Positions 10,246 to 22,252 of a stretch of 64,000 nucleotides of DNA are shown here, in pieces. This DNA comes from Octopus sinensis. Its lineage: Eukaryota. The stretch covers positions 107,756,001-107,820,000 of the forward strand of contig NC_043002.1 in NCBI RefSeq assembly GCF_006345805.1, read 5' to 3'. Below the pieces are notes generated by a model. The model saw only the letters and a list, made by a program, of their open reading frames with translations, was not told the origin of the DNA and did not search any database. The translations under genes and the position numbers were made by a program. How positions within the stretch are numbered: position 1 is the first letter of the stretch; each line of letters begins with the position of its first letter.

Positions 10246-11142
10246 AGTGTACATTTAAACACATTAAGAGGTTTCCATCAAAGGAATCCTTTACGCTAGA
10301 AAGAACAGCTAACGTTCAAACGACTAATTAGGAATAAATTCTCGAAGGGAATGGAAAATAAAAACATTTACCATCTGTTTCCTGGACCATGGTTTCTGAC
10401 GTATTTTAGCAAATAAAATAATTTACTAGGTGAAGTCTTCTTCAACAGGTACGCCAAGATTAAACATATAAACACGTGGTCAATCCAGCATGTGCCTCTT
10501 GCTTATACATTTTAATTTTTTTCAAATCCACTGCGCAGGCGCAGTTTTTTTTTTTTTTGTTTTTTTTTGTCGGCAGCAAAAAGATGCCGGCAATTTTTTC
10601 GAACGAATCTTCCAGAAATCATTATACATAATTAATAATGTCAGGGTAATAAAGATTTTAGAAATTTTTACTACCAGTTGCCTAGCGTATAGAAAAATTA
10701 GTCAATAGACTATATATTATTCATATAAAATAAAGTGTATATTTAAACACATCAAGAGGGTTCCATGAAAGGAATCCTTTACGCTAGAAAGAACAGCTAA
10801 AGTCCAAACCACTAATTAGGGATAAATTCTCGAAGGGAATGAAAAATAAAAACATTTACCATCTCTTTCCTGGACCATGGTTTCTGACGTATTTTAGCAA
10901 ATAAAATAATTTACTAGGTGAAGTCTTCTTCAATCTTGGCGTACCTGTTGAAGAAGACTTCGCCTAGTAGATTATTAAATTTGCTAAAATAAGTCAGAAA
11001 CCATGGTCCATGAAACAGGTGGTAAATGTTTTTATTTTTCACTGTATTTTATATGAATAATATATAGTCTATTGACTAATTTTTTTATACGCTAGGCCAC
11101 TGGTAGTAAACATTTCTAAAATCTTTATTACCCTGATATTAT

Positions 11143-11145
<3 letters not shown>
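10246..11145. mobile_element. PLE-like direct plus inverted repeat array, family P4, with three hammerhead motif copies
   Basis: 10246-10445 repeats directly at about 10735-10933; 10933-11145 is an inversion of 10355-10458 joined to 10625-10735; ends in (TA)n. Confidence 0.7.
10941..11009 (+). ncRNA. Candidate type I hammerhead (U3 variant, long stem II)
   Basis: CCTG-TTGAAGA-A-GACTT..TAGTAGAT-tattaa-ATTTGCTA..AAGTC-A-GAAA-CCATGG-TC/CATG; the minus-strand copy at about 10381-10449 has the intact stem I CCTG:CAGG. Confidence 0.55.
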
Positions 11146-11216
<71 letters not shown>

Positions 11217-11434
11217 AGCTACAAGTGAGTTTTTTGTGAGTAAAATTACATTTAATTCATTAATAGCAAAACAATTGTCCCAAAATAATCTGTATTTTTG
11301 TTATTTTTTATTTGCCCTGTTCGTGTGAGCTAACAATCGTACTGACTTTCATGGGAAACATGTATTTTTGTGGTTGAAACCTTTTGGATTTACTAGTGCT
11401 AGAGTGAGCCACATAGTGACCACTCTCTTATATT

Positions 11435-11467
<33 letters not shown>

Positions 11468-11494
11468 TAGTGGTATAGTAGTAGTAGTAGTAGT

Positions 11495-11536
<42 letters not shown>

Positions 11537-12474
11537 AAGCAGCAGCAGCAACGGAAGCAGTAGTAGTTCAAATCAGCAATCTGTATATCATACTTAAAGT
11601 ATATATACTGTTGAAAGCCTTCTAAACAGCGGTCTTCGTCTCGAGGAGCGTCTCTGGTAGACGACCGCCAGCCGGTAATTTGTGGAATAGCTATTGGTTT
11701 GGTTTGGTTTATTTGTTTGTTTTTGGCACAACTTCGCACCAACTGTGCCCAAGAATGTGTTTTGCTCATGAGAAAGACTGCCAAGCATTTTCAAGGAACC
11801 ATCTAGTGGTGAAGGCGGATACTTATTTCGGAACTCCTTTCTCGTCATATAGGACAAGAAGCAGAATATATTCAGAAAGATTTTCACTGGTCAACACTAT
11901 TGACATCCACATCAGTTGTGGTTATAAACACTATGGATACTGCTGTGCGCATAATCAGCATAGGACGTTCACACAAGATTACGGCACCTCTTCCCTTCCA
12001 TACTGGTCGAAGTGACATAGTCCGCACTTTTCACATTTTGTTTCTTTGCAGCAAACATCATTTTTATGTTGCGTCAGCACTGGGTGGATTCCGTCCATTC
12101 ACCAGCTGTGCTTTGTTAAGTGGGTTTAAATGATAGCTAAGGTGAAATTTCAAATTAATGATCAAACATGAGCGCTACATCCATGCTTTCAAAGGTTTTG
12201 TACATTTTCAGTTCCATTTTTAACGACCTGGTTTCTCATTCGGAACAATTTGTATGCCATACGTATGATCAGGGGGGAGCACCAGATACGAATGCCGCTC
12301 ATAGATGTTCTGACTTGGTACAAATGTAGAAGAGTCACTTCTTTCGAGGAAAAAAACAACTAAAAACAGTCTTGTGAGACATATGACGCAAGTGTATATT
12401 GCCTCAAATACCAGAAATTGTTTTCCCAAATGAAAGAGATAGAAGTTGATGTTCCCAAACATCTTCAAACTGAC

Positions 12475-13343
12475 TATTGGTTTGTCCGGAAAGTTCGTGC
12501 CGATTTTTAAAGGAAAGAAAAAGGTCAATAAATACTTGCCATTACATTTTTAATCAACCAAATATGAACCATTTTGTTGCACAGTGCGTCTCCATCTTTC
12601 CTTTAACTTGAAAATACCCTCTTCCCAGAATTGAGGTGGCTTCATCGCAAAGAATTCATCAAGGTATCTTTTTACGTCATCCAAGGAATTGAAATTTTTA
12701 CCATTAAGACTATTCTGCAGAGACCTGAATAAGTGGAAATCCGAAGGAGCAATATCTGGTGAATATGGAGGGTGGGGTAACACATCCCAGCCAAGCTGCC
12801 GCAATTTTTGTCTGGTCCCCAAAGAAACGTGAGGTCTTGCATTATCATGTTGGAAAACACCCTTCCTGTTGGCCAATTCTGGAATTGTTGCTTTTAACTC
12901 GTCTAGTTCTCGGGTTGTGTAATGGGGGTTATTCTCAATTAATGACTTGATTTGGTCATCATCAGTAGTAGATGGTCTGCCTGATCGCTCTTTATCAAGG
13001 CTACAATCTCCAGTTCGGAACGTTGCGAACCACTTCCGTACAGTTCTTTCGGATAAAGAAACATCACCGTAAACTGCGCATATTTCTTTGGTTGCTTGTG
13101 AGGCATTTTCCCTTTACGGAAAAAGAAAAGCATCAAGTGCCGAAAATGAACTTTCTTATCTTCCATTTTAAAGGGTTACATAATTAACACGGGAACATAA
13201 ACCTTCTTCCACGAAAAGATAGCTTAAACTGTGCTCTAAATGGAGGTGTAGTCAAATCCTATTTTATGGACACAACCATGTTCTAAAATAAGTCGAAAGG
13301 TAAGCTACTATAAATCGGCACGAACTTTCCGGACAACCTAATA
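12475..13343 (-). mobile_element. Internally deleted mariner transposon (mellifera-subfamily-like), both TIRs and TA target duplication present
   Basis: TIR TATTAGGTTGTCCGGAAAGTTCGTGCCGATTT; MEDKKVHFRHLMLFFFRKGK, then a frameshift, then ERSGRP..TTREL|DELK..HDNARPH..HPPYSPDIAPSDFHLFRSLQN; 869 bp. Confidence 0.95.
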
Positions 13344-13710
13344 GTACAATTTTTGACCAGCTCCTGGTGGCATTTTAGATCTACCGCTGTAATTACAGAT
13401 ATGTACCGAATTTAGGTGTGAAAAACCCTTCAAAATCGCCATGATGTGAAAAAATAGGAACGTGATTCACAGAGCCATGTAAATGGTCGTGTTACCAGAT
13501 TAAACTATCCTATCTAATGATCAAGGCTGAAAATCGTGTATTTTTAAAGACTTTGTCTGACAGAATCTAAATACAGCGACTAAAATAAAATCTCAAAACA
13601 AAATATATCCAAAAAGATACTCCCGGTTCATGCTAGTCATTTACAGTTGTCTGTTCATGTCCCAAGCACCTAACAACACAGAAACGTTGAACATTATTAC
13701 AGCAGACTAA

Positions 13711-14152
13711 GGCAGCGAGCTGGCAGAAACGTTAGCACGCCGGGCGAAATGCTTAGCGGATATTTCGTCGGTCTTTACATTCTGAGTTCAAATTCCGTCG
13801 AGGTCGACTTTGCCTTTCATCCTTTGGAGGTCGATAAATTAAGTAGCAATTGCGTACTGGGGTTGATCTAATCGACTGGCCGCTCCCGAAAAATTTCGGG
13901 CCTTGTTCCTAGAGTAGAAAAGATTATTAGAACAGACTTTAAGGCGGCAAGCTGGCAGAATCGTTAACACCGTGGACGAAATACTTAACGGCATTTCGCC
14001 TATCGCTACGTTCTGAGTTCAAATCCCGCCGAGGTCGACTTTGCTTTTCTTCCTTTCGGGGTTGATAAATTATGTACCAGTTGTCGATCTAATCGACTGG
14101 CCCCCTCCTCCAAAATGTCAGGCCTTGTGCCTATAATAGAAAGGATTATTAC
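13711..14152 (+). mobile_element. Two tandem SINE B copies, tail type B2
   Basis: Family B head plus tail ...GGCCTTGTGCCTAGAGTAGAAAAGATTATTA, at 13711-13928 and about 13943-14152. Confidence 0.9.
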
Positions 14153-15013
14153 ATTCATGAATAACTAGAATAACAAAAAGTTCACAAACCCCCCTCGCTT
14201 TTACTCAATCCAGGTTTCTAGTATAACTTAATAGTAATTATTAAAAGCTTGCGATCCAGCTCATAATGCCTGGACGTGACAGTTCTATTCTGTTGAGTTT
14301 GCTAAAGATTATTATCCTAAAAGTGACCCAGCTACACCATTCGCTTATGTGAGCTTCCATTAATTCCATCTCCAAAATGGGTGGTTGAATGAATTCAAAA
14401 ACCTTGAGAAGAGAAAAAGTATTCCTTTATTTTATTAAAATTCATGCATTTTGTTAAAAAAAAGTTAACGTTGCATAGACATATACTTGAAAATGAGGTT
14501 TCGATAACTATAAAATAAAAAAAATATGAACCATTTGTATTTTGCAGGCGAAGTTTAGGCAGTAGTACCACAGATATTAGCACAAATCAATATAATTAAC
14601 AAGGAAAAGCAAAACTAATATTAAGGTCGATGTAGAACTGTGTACACTTATATTTAATTACGTCCCTGTACACCCACACGTGGAAAGATTTTCGCTGCGG
14701 TAAATGTCGCAGAGAAGATATCCCCACCACGGCTTATGTGTGTCAAAACACACATCAGCTCTGAATGACGTAATCGGAGTGTCAGACTCGTTTCTGTGTG
14801 TTTATATTTCATCAGTATCAGAAACCGATTTGGCCGTTGACATGCAGAGACGATGTTATTAAACAAACATGTAAAACATTCATATAATATTAGACATCCA
14901 CAGACGAAGTTAGACTATCATGTAAGACAGCAATCGACAATGTTGTTAGATTATTGCGTAAAACATCCGATATATTAGCAGACATACTGCTAAATGCGAG
15001 GTTTAGTTCTTAC

Positions 15014-15051
15014 CTCGAACATGACTGATCGCTTAGGAATGTAAGGACCAT
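15014..15051 (-). other. Candidate 38-nt internal exon, gene unknown
   Basis: cctttcctcAG|ATGGTCC...TTCGAG|GTAAGA; open as (D)GPYIPKRSVMFE or MVLTFLSDQSCS; no homology recognised. Confidence 0.25.
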
Positions 15052-15155
15052 CTGAGGAAAGGTTTATATTTTGCGCGTCACTCGGATACTGCCTCTGCAC
15101 AACCAGTGGGCCATGTGTGTGTGTATACATACATACATACATAGATACATATATG

Positions 15156-15186
<31 letters not shown>

Positions 15187-15371
15187 ACACACACATGTAT
15201 ATGCACACATACATATACATGCATTATATATGTATTATACATACAATACACACACACATGCATATTAATATATATATATATATATTTAATATATTATGTA
15301 GGTCCCGGGTTAAGTCGGGGTTAATCACAGTAAATAAGTACTCAATACATAGCAGAGTAAGTAATTATTTT

Positions 15372-15452
15372 ATAGAAGGAGCTTCTACAGGACTAGAACT
15401 GTTTCATTCAGATGGAATGAAACAGTTCTAGTCCTGTAGAAGCTCCTTCTAT
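15372..15452. repeat. Perfect 38-bp hairpin with a 5-nt loop
   Basis: 15372-15409 is the exact reverse complement of 15415-15452. Confidence 0.95.
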
Positions 15453-15496
15453 TAATAAATATATATAATATATATTATATTATATATATATATATT

Positions 15497-15822
15497 GGGC
15501 AAGTGTCTTCTACTATAGCTCGGGCCGACTAAAGCCTCGTGAGTGGATTTGGTAGACGGAAACTGAAAGAAGCCCGTCATATATACATATGTGTGTGTTT
15601 GTGTATGTTTGTATGTCTGTGTTTGTCACCCCCCCCCCAACATCGCTTGACAACCATGCTGGTGTGTTTACGTCCCCGTCACTTAGCGGTTCGTCAAAAT
15701 ATACCGATAGAATAAGTACTAGGCTTACAAAGAATAAGTACTGCGGACGATTTGCTCGACTAAAGGCGGTACTCCAGCATGGCCGCAGTCAAATGATTGA
15801 AACAAGTAAAAGAATAAAAGAA
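15497..15822 (+). mobile_element. SINE A, 5'-truncated
   Basis: Family A body and tail. Confidence 0.9.
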
Positions 15823-15854
15823 TATATCTATCTATCTACCTACCTACAAGTCTG

Positions 15855-15913
<59 letters not shown>

Positions 15914-15916
15914 CTT

Positions 15917-15952
<36 letters not shown>

Positions 15953-15953
15953 T

Positions 15954-15988
<35 letters not shown>

Positions 15989-15992
<4 letters not shown>

Positions 15993-16165
15993 CTTCGAAA
16001 CACGCTGGAGTTGAACTAGGGACAGCTGATGAAGGGGATTTTTCCTTGCGTAGTTTGTCTTGTACTCTGTTTTTCGTTGTAAAAAAATGGTCTGTTCCAT
16101 GCTTGTTTTTCCGTTTTCGTTTCTCGTTGAGTTCTACGTCTATTTGTGGTGTCCTGTACTCACGT
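15989..16165 (+). mobile_element. PLE-type remnant, family P3, second copy between (TA)n tracts
   Basis: tcaccttcGAAAcacgc...gggacagCTGATGAagggg, homologous to 9920-10100. Confidence 0.7.
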
Positions 16166-16284
16166 ATATATATATATTTATATATGCATGTATATATACA
16201 TGTAGATGTAAGTAAGTACATATATGTATGTATGTATGTATGCATATATTTTATTTATTACACTATGATATATATAATATATAT

Positions 16285-16380
<96 letters not shown>

Positions 16381-16619
16381 TATATATGTATATATATACA
16401 TATACATATATATATATAGGGTAAAGCAGCGAGAGTCTTTTGTGCAGATTGCGTTATATAAACAAAAATTGGGTGAAAATGCGCAACATTGAGAGAATTA
16501 ATGAAATCTTTTTAGACAAATTAAAGAGACAGAAATAAGTGTAATATTTCATTTAAATATATTAGATTTTTTAAAACTTACGTATAACCAGTTTCATCCA
16601 TTCTGGTGTTGATAGGTAC

Positions 16620-16941
16620 GTGTGTATGCGTGCGTGTGTGTGTGTTATATATATGTATATATATATATATATACATGATACACATACGTATACACGCACT
16701 TGCACACATACAATCAGATGTATATAATATATTTTAGTGTGTATGTTTATGTGCATGCGTGTATGTGTGTGTGTATGTGTATGTGTGTATGCGTGTGTGT
16801 GTGTGTGTTATATATATGTATATATATACATGATACACATACATATACACGCACTTGCACACATACAATCAGATGTATATAATATATTTTAGTGTGTATG
16901 TTTATGTGCATGCGTGTGTGTGTGTGTGTGTGGTGTGTGTA

Positions 16942-16978
<37 letters not shown>

Positions 16979-17088
16979 TGTGTTATATATGTATATATAT
17001 ATACATGATACACACACATATACACGCACTTGCACACATACAATCAGATGTATATAATATATTTTAGTATGTATGTTTATGTGCATGC

Positions 17089-17126
<38 letters not shown>

Positions 17127-17165
17127 GTGTGTGTGTGTGTGAGTGTGTGTGTGTGTGTGTGTGTG
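16620..17165. repeat. Three-copy minisatellite (about 170-180-bp unit) built from microsatellites and a constant core
   Basis: The core ATACACGCACTTGCACACATACAATCAGATGTATATAATAT occurs three times. Confidence 0.9.
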
Positions 17166-17504
17166 TATAAACAAAATATAACTTGTTTTCTCATCTGTTA
17201 AGGTGTCTGCAAACTGCGAATATCAGAGTGATTAAATTCGCAGCTAAAAATATCCGCCGTTTTGCTGTGACTCTTGCAGCCATCCATCCCGTGCCACCCA
17301 CCCAAAACCATTTCGTTCTAAACACATGGAATGGTATCAGTTCCACTACCTTTTGGCTGCACTGCATCACACTCGTCACTATCGTTTAATTAATGTCACA
17401 TTTTTCAAGAATTAGACAAACTTAGTTCAAGAATGACACATTTAGTTCTCGCTCTTATTTTATTTGCAATTTTTTTCATCTGCATATTTCTTTTTTCCCG
17501 ACGG

Positions 17505-17715
17505 CAACGAGTTGGCAGAGTCGTTACCGCGTCGGAGAAAAATGCTTAGCGGCAGGTTTTCCGGACTTTACGTTCTGAGTTCAAATGCCGCCGAAGTCGA
17601 CTTTGCTTTTTATCCTTTCGAGATTACTAAAACAAGTACCAGTCGAACCCTGGGGTCGATTGTCATCGACTTACTCACTCCCCCACCCACAAACTGCTGG
17701 CCTTCTGCCAACATT
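17505..17715 (+). mobile_element. Older SINE B2 copy
   Basis: Family B head and core with a diverged tail. Confidence 0.75.
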
Positions 17716-17785
17716 TGAAAGCAATGTTTCTTTTCCCACTTATTTTGTACAGCTATTTCATTTTTTATTTCATTTTATCATTTTA

Positions 17786-18107
17786 TCTAGTTTCAGCTCA
17801 CGAGCTGTGGCCATGCTGGGGCACCGCCATTTGGTGTTGCTACATGATTTTACTTCACGAATGCTTTTTAGCAACTGCCATTTGGTGCATGAGAGAGTTT
17901 GATGCAGCTGCCCTCATCTGCACCTCCTGCCGTGAAGTTGGTTCATCCGGGACACCTGACAGGAAGAGATCCAGTCCTACTTTAAAGACATCCGCATCCA
18001 CCCCATGCAGGTCCCTCAGGTTCTTCGGGAGGATATTGAAGAGCTGTGGGTCTCTGAAGCCCAGGCTATCACAGTATCTTGTCCTACATCTTGATAGGGA
18101 TCGAGCT
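17786..18107 (-). mobile_element. 3' fragment of the same CR1-group LINE family as 1654-2760
   Basis: Homologous to 2460-2760, including the terminal GGCGGTGC..CAGCTC-GT-GAGCTG. Confidence 0.85.
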
Positions 18108-18140
18108 TAATTTTTCAAGATTATTATACATTTGGAGGGG

Positions 18141-18395
18141 AGGCGCGTGGCTTAGTAGTTAGGGGTGCTAGATTCATGTTCGTAAGATTGTGCTTTCGAT
18201 TCGTGGACCGAACGATGCGTTATGTTCTTGAGCAAAACACTTCATTTCACGTTGCTCCAGTCCACTCAGCTGGTAAAAAAGGAGTAATTCTGCGACGGCC
18301 CGGTGTCCTATCCAGGTGGGGGAATTTATATGCCATTGAAACCGGGAAACCGACCCTCATGAGCCTGGCATGGCTCGAGAAGGAAGCATTTTTAT
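18141..18395 (+). mobile_element. SINE family C, variant middle M2 plus tail T2
   Basis: tRNA-like head, then TTGAGCAAAACACTTCATTTCACGTTGCTCCAGTCCACTCAGCTG, then the tail GTGTCCTATCCAGGTGGGG...ATGAGCC. Confidence 0.7.
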
Positions 18396-18423
18396 TGGTA
18401 TTAAATGTTTGGGGCTTATATTG

Positions 18424-18858
18424 TTTCTTTTCTATTCTAGGCACAAGGCCCGAAATTTTTGGGGAGGGGGCCAGTCGATTAGATCGACCCTAGTACGCAA
18501 CTGCTACTTAATTTATCGACCCCGAAAGGATGAAAGGCAAAGTCGATTTCGGAGGAATTTGAACTCAGGACGTAAAGACAGACGAAAGACCGGTATTTCG
18601 CCCGGTGTTCTAACGATTCTGCCATCTTGTCGTTTTGGGGGTTATATTGTATTAGAATCGTTAGCACGCCAGACAAAATGTTTAGCGGCATTTGGTCCGT
18701 CTTCACGTTCTCCGTTCAAATTTAGCCAAGGTCGACTTTGCTTTTCACCCCTTTTAGGGTCAATAAACTATGTACCAGTTGAGCACTAGGGTCGGTGTAA
18801 TCGACTTACCCCTCCCCCCTAAATTGCTAGCCTTGTGCCAAAATTTGTAACCATTATT
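18424..18858. mobile_element. Two SINE B2 copies, head to head
   Basis: 18424-18632 (-) and about 18650-18858 (+). Confidence 0.8.
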
Positions 18859-19107
18859 TTTTACTCATTTGTTTTTTAAATGGTTTGGTCAGAGAAGGGC
18901 ACAACCCATGATCTTTTGACAGGGACTCCGAAGTTGGTGCAGGAAAAGTGGAGCAGGCATTACGATTCATGAGTTGTTTGCAGTAGGAATCAAATACATC
19001 AAGTTATCCTCAAACCGAAAAGCAGATCCAGACCGGAAACTAGGACTAAACCGGAAACCAGGTCCAGACCGGAAACCTAATCCTCAATGGAAACCAAGTC
19101 CAAATGC

Positions 19108-19335
19108 AGGCAGCGAATTAGGAGTCTAGAGCATCAGACGTAAAACGTTGCGGCTTTTGTTTTGGATTCTTACGTTTTGAGTTCGAATGACACTGTGGTC
19201 AATTTTGCCTTTCGTCCTTCTGGGAATGGAGGTCGATAACAAAGAACCAGTCAAGAGTGGTATGAACTACAGAAATCAATAGAGCATCGAACGGGATACA
19301 TTGTGGTATTTGATATTCTGAGTTCAAATCCTACA
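19108..19335 (+). mobile_element. Old SINE B-like fragments
   Basis: Diverged B-box TTGAGTTCGAA and TTTGCCTTTCGTCCTT core. Confidence 0.5.
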
Positions 19336-19619
19336 GTGTTCCGGTAAAAAGTTTACGGACATTTCTGCTGTACTTCTTGATTACCGATAATTGATTCCAC
19401 TAATATCTTTCATTTAGGGGCACATGGCGATGATGGGATTCAAAACTTATATCCCCCACATTTCTTACATTTGTCATGATAAACCCGAAACTAAAGCCTT
19501 TAAAGTCAATACAAATGTTAATATTTACCAGTGTAGATAATCCACAGCAAATGTTAATCCTTACCACTGTAGATAATCCACAACACGGAAAACAAGGCTG
19601 AAGTATTTCTCAAAGATTT

Positions 19620-20100
19620 TAGGGATCAAAATACGTCAGATCCCAATAGTTACTAACTCCCTAAAAAAACTGGGCCTACATGTGGGGTTGTGTTGTTTGT
19701 GCCAACACGAATATGCTAGGCTGGTTCTAAAAGGAGCCACTCACCAGCACATCAACCACTGAGCCACAGACACTATTGCAGTGACCGCCGCTCCTCCAAT
19801 CTTGTAAGTTCCTCGCCATCTCTACACAAACCCGACTGACTTAATTCTCGTTACCCATATTTCTCCACTTATAACCATGAGCACCGAACTAACCATTATT
19901 TCCAATCTTTCTTCACCCGAACATCAGCTATCTGGAATTACCTACCGGACCACCTTTTGCCTTCTGTTGTCGACTTGCAGTTATTCAAGTAAGGCATCAA
20001 CCACATTGACCTCACTGGTCTCGGAGCGTTTCATGCGAAGGCCGCGAACGTAGCCTTTTCCTCCGTACCAAGCAATTAAAGAGTGAAAAAAAAATAAAAG
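19620..20100 (+). mobile_element. Decayed 3' end of a second CR1/Jockey-group LINE
   Basis: RTNHYFQSFFTRTSAIWNYLPDHLLPSVVDLQLFK matches the SFFxRTxxxWNxLP C-terminal motif; A-rich tail at about 20086-20100. Confidence 0.7.
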
Positions 20101-20366
20101 AAAGGTCACTCACTCCATTGAAACATTTAATTCTTGGTACAACATGGCGAAATACTACTCAACTATAGAATCAGGAAGCCAGGCCAGGAGGCATTCCGGT
20201 GATACCGCTTTGATTCCACGTAAAAAAGGAGCAGAAGATGACACCGATATGGACCCTTTATGGGGAGGAGAGAGAGGAACATGAGGAGAAGGAAGAAGTG
20301 TTTAAAAAGGAGGAGGAATCACCGTATGGATAAAGTGATCCTTACATTTCGTTGGATAGATCGATA

Positions 20367-20746
20367 TGGAAGCACTCCGTCGGTTACGACGACGAGGGTT
20401 CCGGTTGATCCGAATCAACGAAACAGCCTGCTCGTGAAATTAACGTGTAAGTGGCTGAGCACTCCACAGACACGTGTACCCTTAACGTAGTTCTCGGGGA
20501 TATTCAGCGTGACACAGAGAGTGACAAGACCGGCCCTTTGAAATACAGGTACAACAGAAACAGGAAGTAAGAGTGAGAGAAAGTTGTGGTGAAAGAGTAC
20601 AGCAAGGATCACCACCATCCCCTGCCGGAGCCTCGTGGAGCTTTAGGTGTTTTCGCTCAATAAACACTCACAACGCCCGGTCTGGGAATCGAAACCGCGA
20701 TCCTATGACCGCGAGTCCGCTGCCCTAACCACTGGGCCATTGCGCC
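20367..20746 (-). mobile_element. SINE C, middle M1 plus tail T1, full length
   Basis: Head GGCGCAATGGCCCAGTGGTTAGGGC..GGTTTCGATTCCC; flanked by the repeat GATCGATA(T). Confidence 0.92.
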
Positions 20747-21135
20747 TCCTGATCGATATAGAAATATAAAGATCAATGTAATGTTAATAATTATTCTAGT
20801 CACTCGTTCGATGCCTGTCGCATTGCTGAAGGTAAGCGAGTCAAATTTTAAATTGTTTCTCTGTTTAAAAATCTTCCTTTAATATTCATTCTATACAAGG
20901 CTTGTATATTATATATTTAATATAGAATATGTTCACATTAAATACAAAGAGTATTTGGAGTAAGTTATAAGTAATTACCTCTAATTTCATAATCAGAAAA
21001 ATAAATGTTAGATTCAGAGATTTTAGATTGGCTAATTTTCGAAAACTAGGTTGTTTTTATCGGTGAAGTTTTAATAATAATTTAATATTATTTAACAAAA
21101 ATCGTTTCATTTTTCAGAATATTTTGCTTCATATA

Positions 21136-21546
21136 GGCGCAGGAGTGGCTGTGTGGTAAGTAGCTTGCTAACCAACTACATGGTTCCGGGTTCAGTCCCA
21201 CTGCGTGGCATCTTAGGTAAGTGTCTTCTGCTATAGCCCCGGGCCGACCAATGCCTTGTGAGTGGATTTGGTAGACGGAAACTGAAAGAAGCCTGTCGTA
21301 TATATGTATATATATATGTATGTGTGTGTGTGTGTTTGTGTGTGTGTTTGTCCCCCTAGCATTGCATGACAACCGATGCTGGTGTGTTTATGTCCCCGTT
21401 ACCTAGCGGTTCGGCAAAAGAGACCGATAGAATAAGTACTGGGCTTACAAAAACGAATAAGTCCCGGGGTCGAGTTGCTCGACTAAAGGCGGTGCTCCAG
21501 CATGGCCGCAAGTCAAATGACTGAAACAAGTAAAAGAGTAAAAGAG
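21136..21546 (+). mobile_element. SINE A, full length
   Basis: From the head to the AAAAGAGTAAAAGAG tail. Confidence 0.95.
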
Positions 21547-22252
21547 TGTATATAGACAAATATTTGAGTGAAAATAATAAATTTATTTTACAAACAGCAG
21601 AATTGACAGAAGGTTTATCTACCTCAAATTGTAGACAAAAAACTGCATTTAATAATTCGAAATAGTTTACAATGGAATTCAATTGTTTATTGACAGAAGG
21701 TTTCAATAAATCTCGCTATTTTTATTACCATTCTCTTTCTCACTCTAGTCTCTCTTTCTTTATCATTTTCCCACCGTTTATTGAGAGTGAATTATTCATA
21801 GCCATTGTTTTTGATGGTGCGGATATACAAACTTGATCAAAAATAAATTACAAGCTTTATTTTCCCTTACATTGCATTTGCGAATTTAATGAATAGTCTG
21901 AAGAAATTCAGTGTGGTTTTTTTTTTTATTTCGGTTCTCCAAATATATTATTTGAAAATCATCAACCGAGTATTTTATAAAAGAAATCAATAAATTATGA
22001 CGTCATCATAGAAAGGAATCGAATTTTTCAGACGAAACATAAAACAAAGAAAAAAATTATCAAAAATGTTGTCTCTGTTAAAAAAACATCATTTTTCTTT
22101 AGCGATGAAAATGATGCCATAATAGAACTTCTTTTCATAATCAAGAAATCATTGGAAGATCGTGTGACGGATGGACGGAGAAACACGGCTCTTATTATAT
22201 TAATTGCTGTAATTATAAATAATAATATAAACCAATCAAACAAATTATGCAA

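Noticed and set aside
11900-12120. Cys-rich minus-strand reading (CCKETKCEKCGLCH) as a LINE gag zinc knuckle
   Set aside because: The spacing does not fit CCHC, stops intervene, and no flanking LINE motifs were recognised.
17183-17389. Overlapping ORFs on both strands, with a possible Kelch-like MVLGGWHG
   Set aside because: No consistent splice sites for the Kelch-like frame and no recognisable homology; left uncalled.
20144-20287. 47-aa ORF with a good Kozak context (MAKYYSTIESG...)
   Set aside because: It lies between a LINE tail and a SINE, with no homology or other support.
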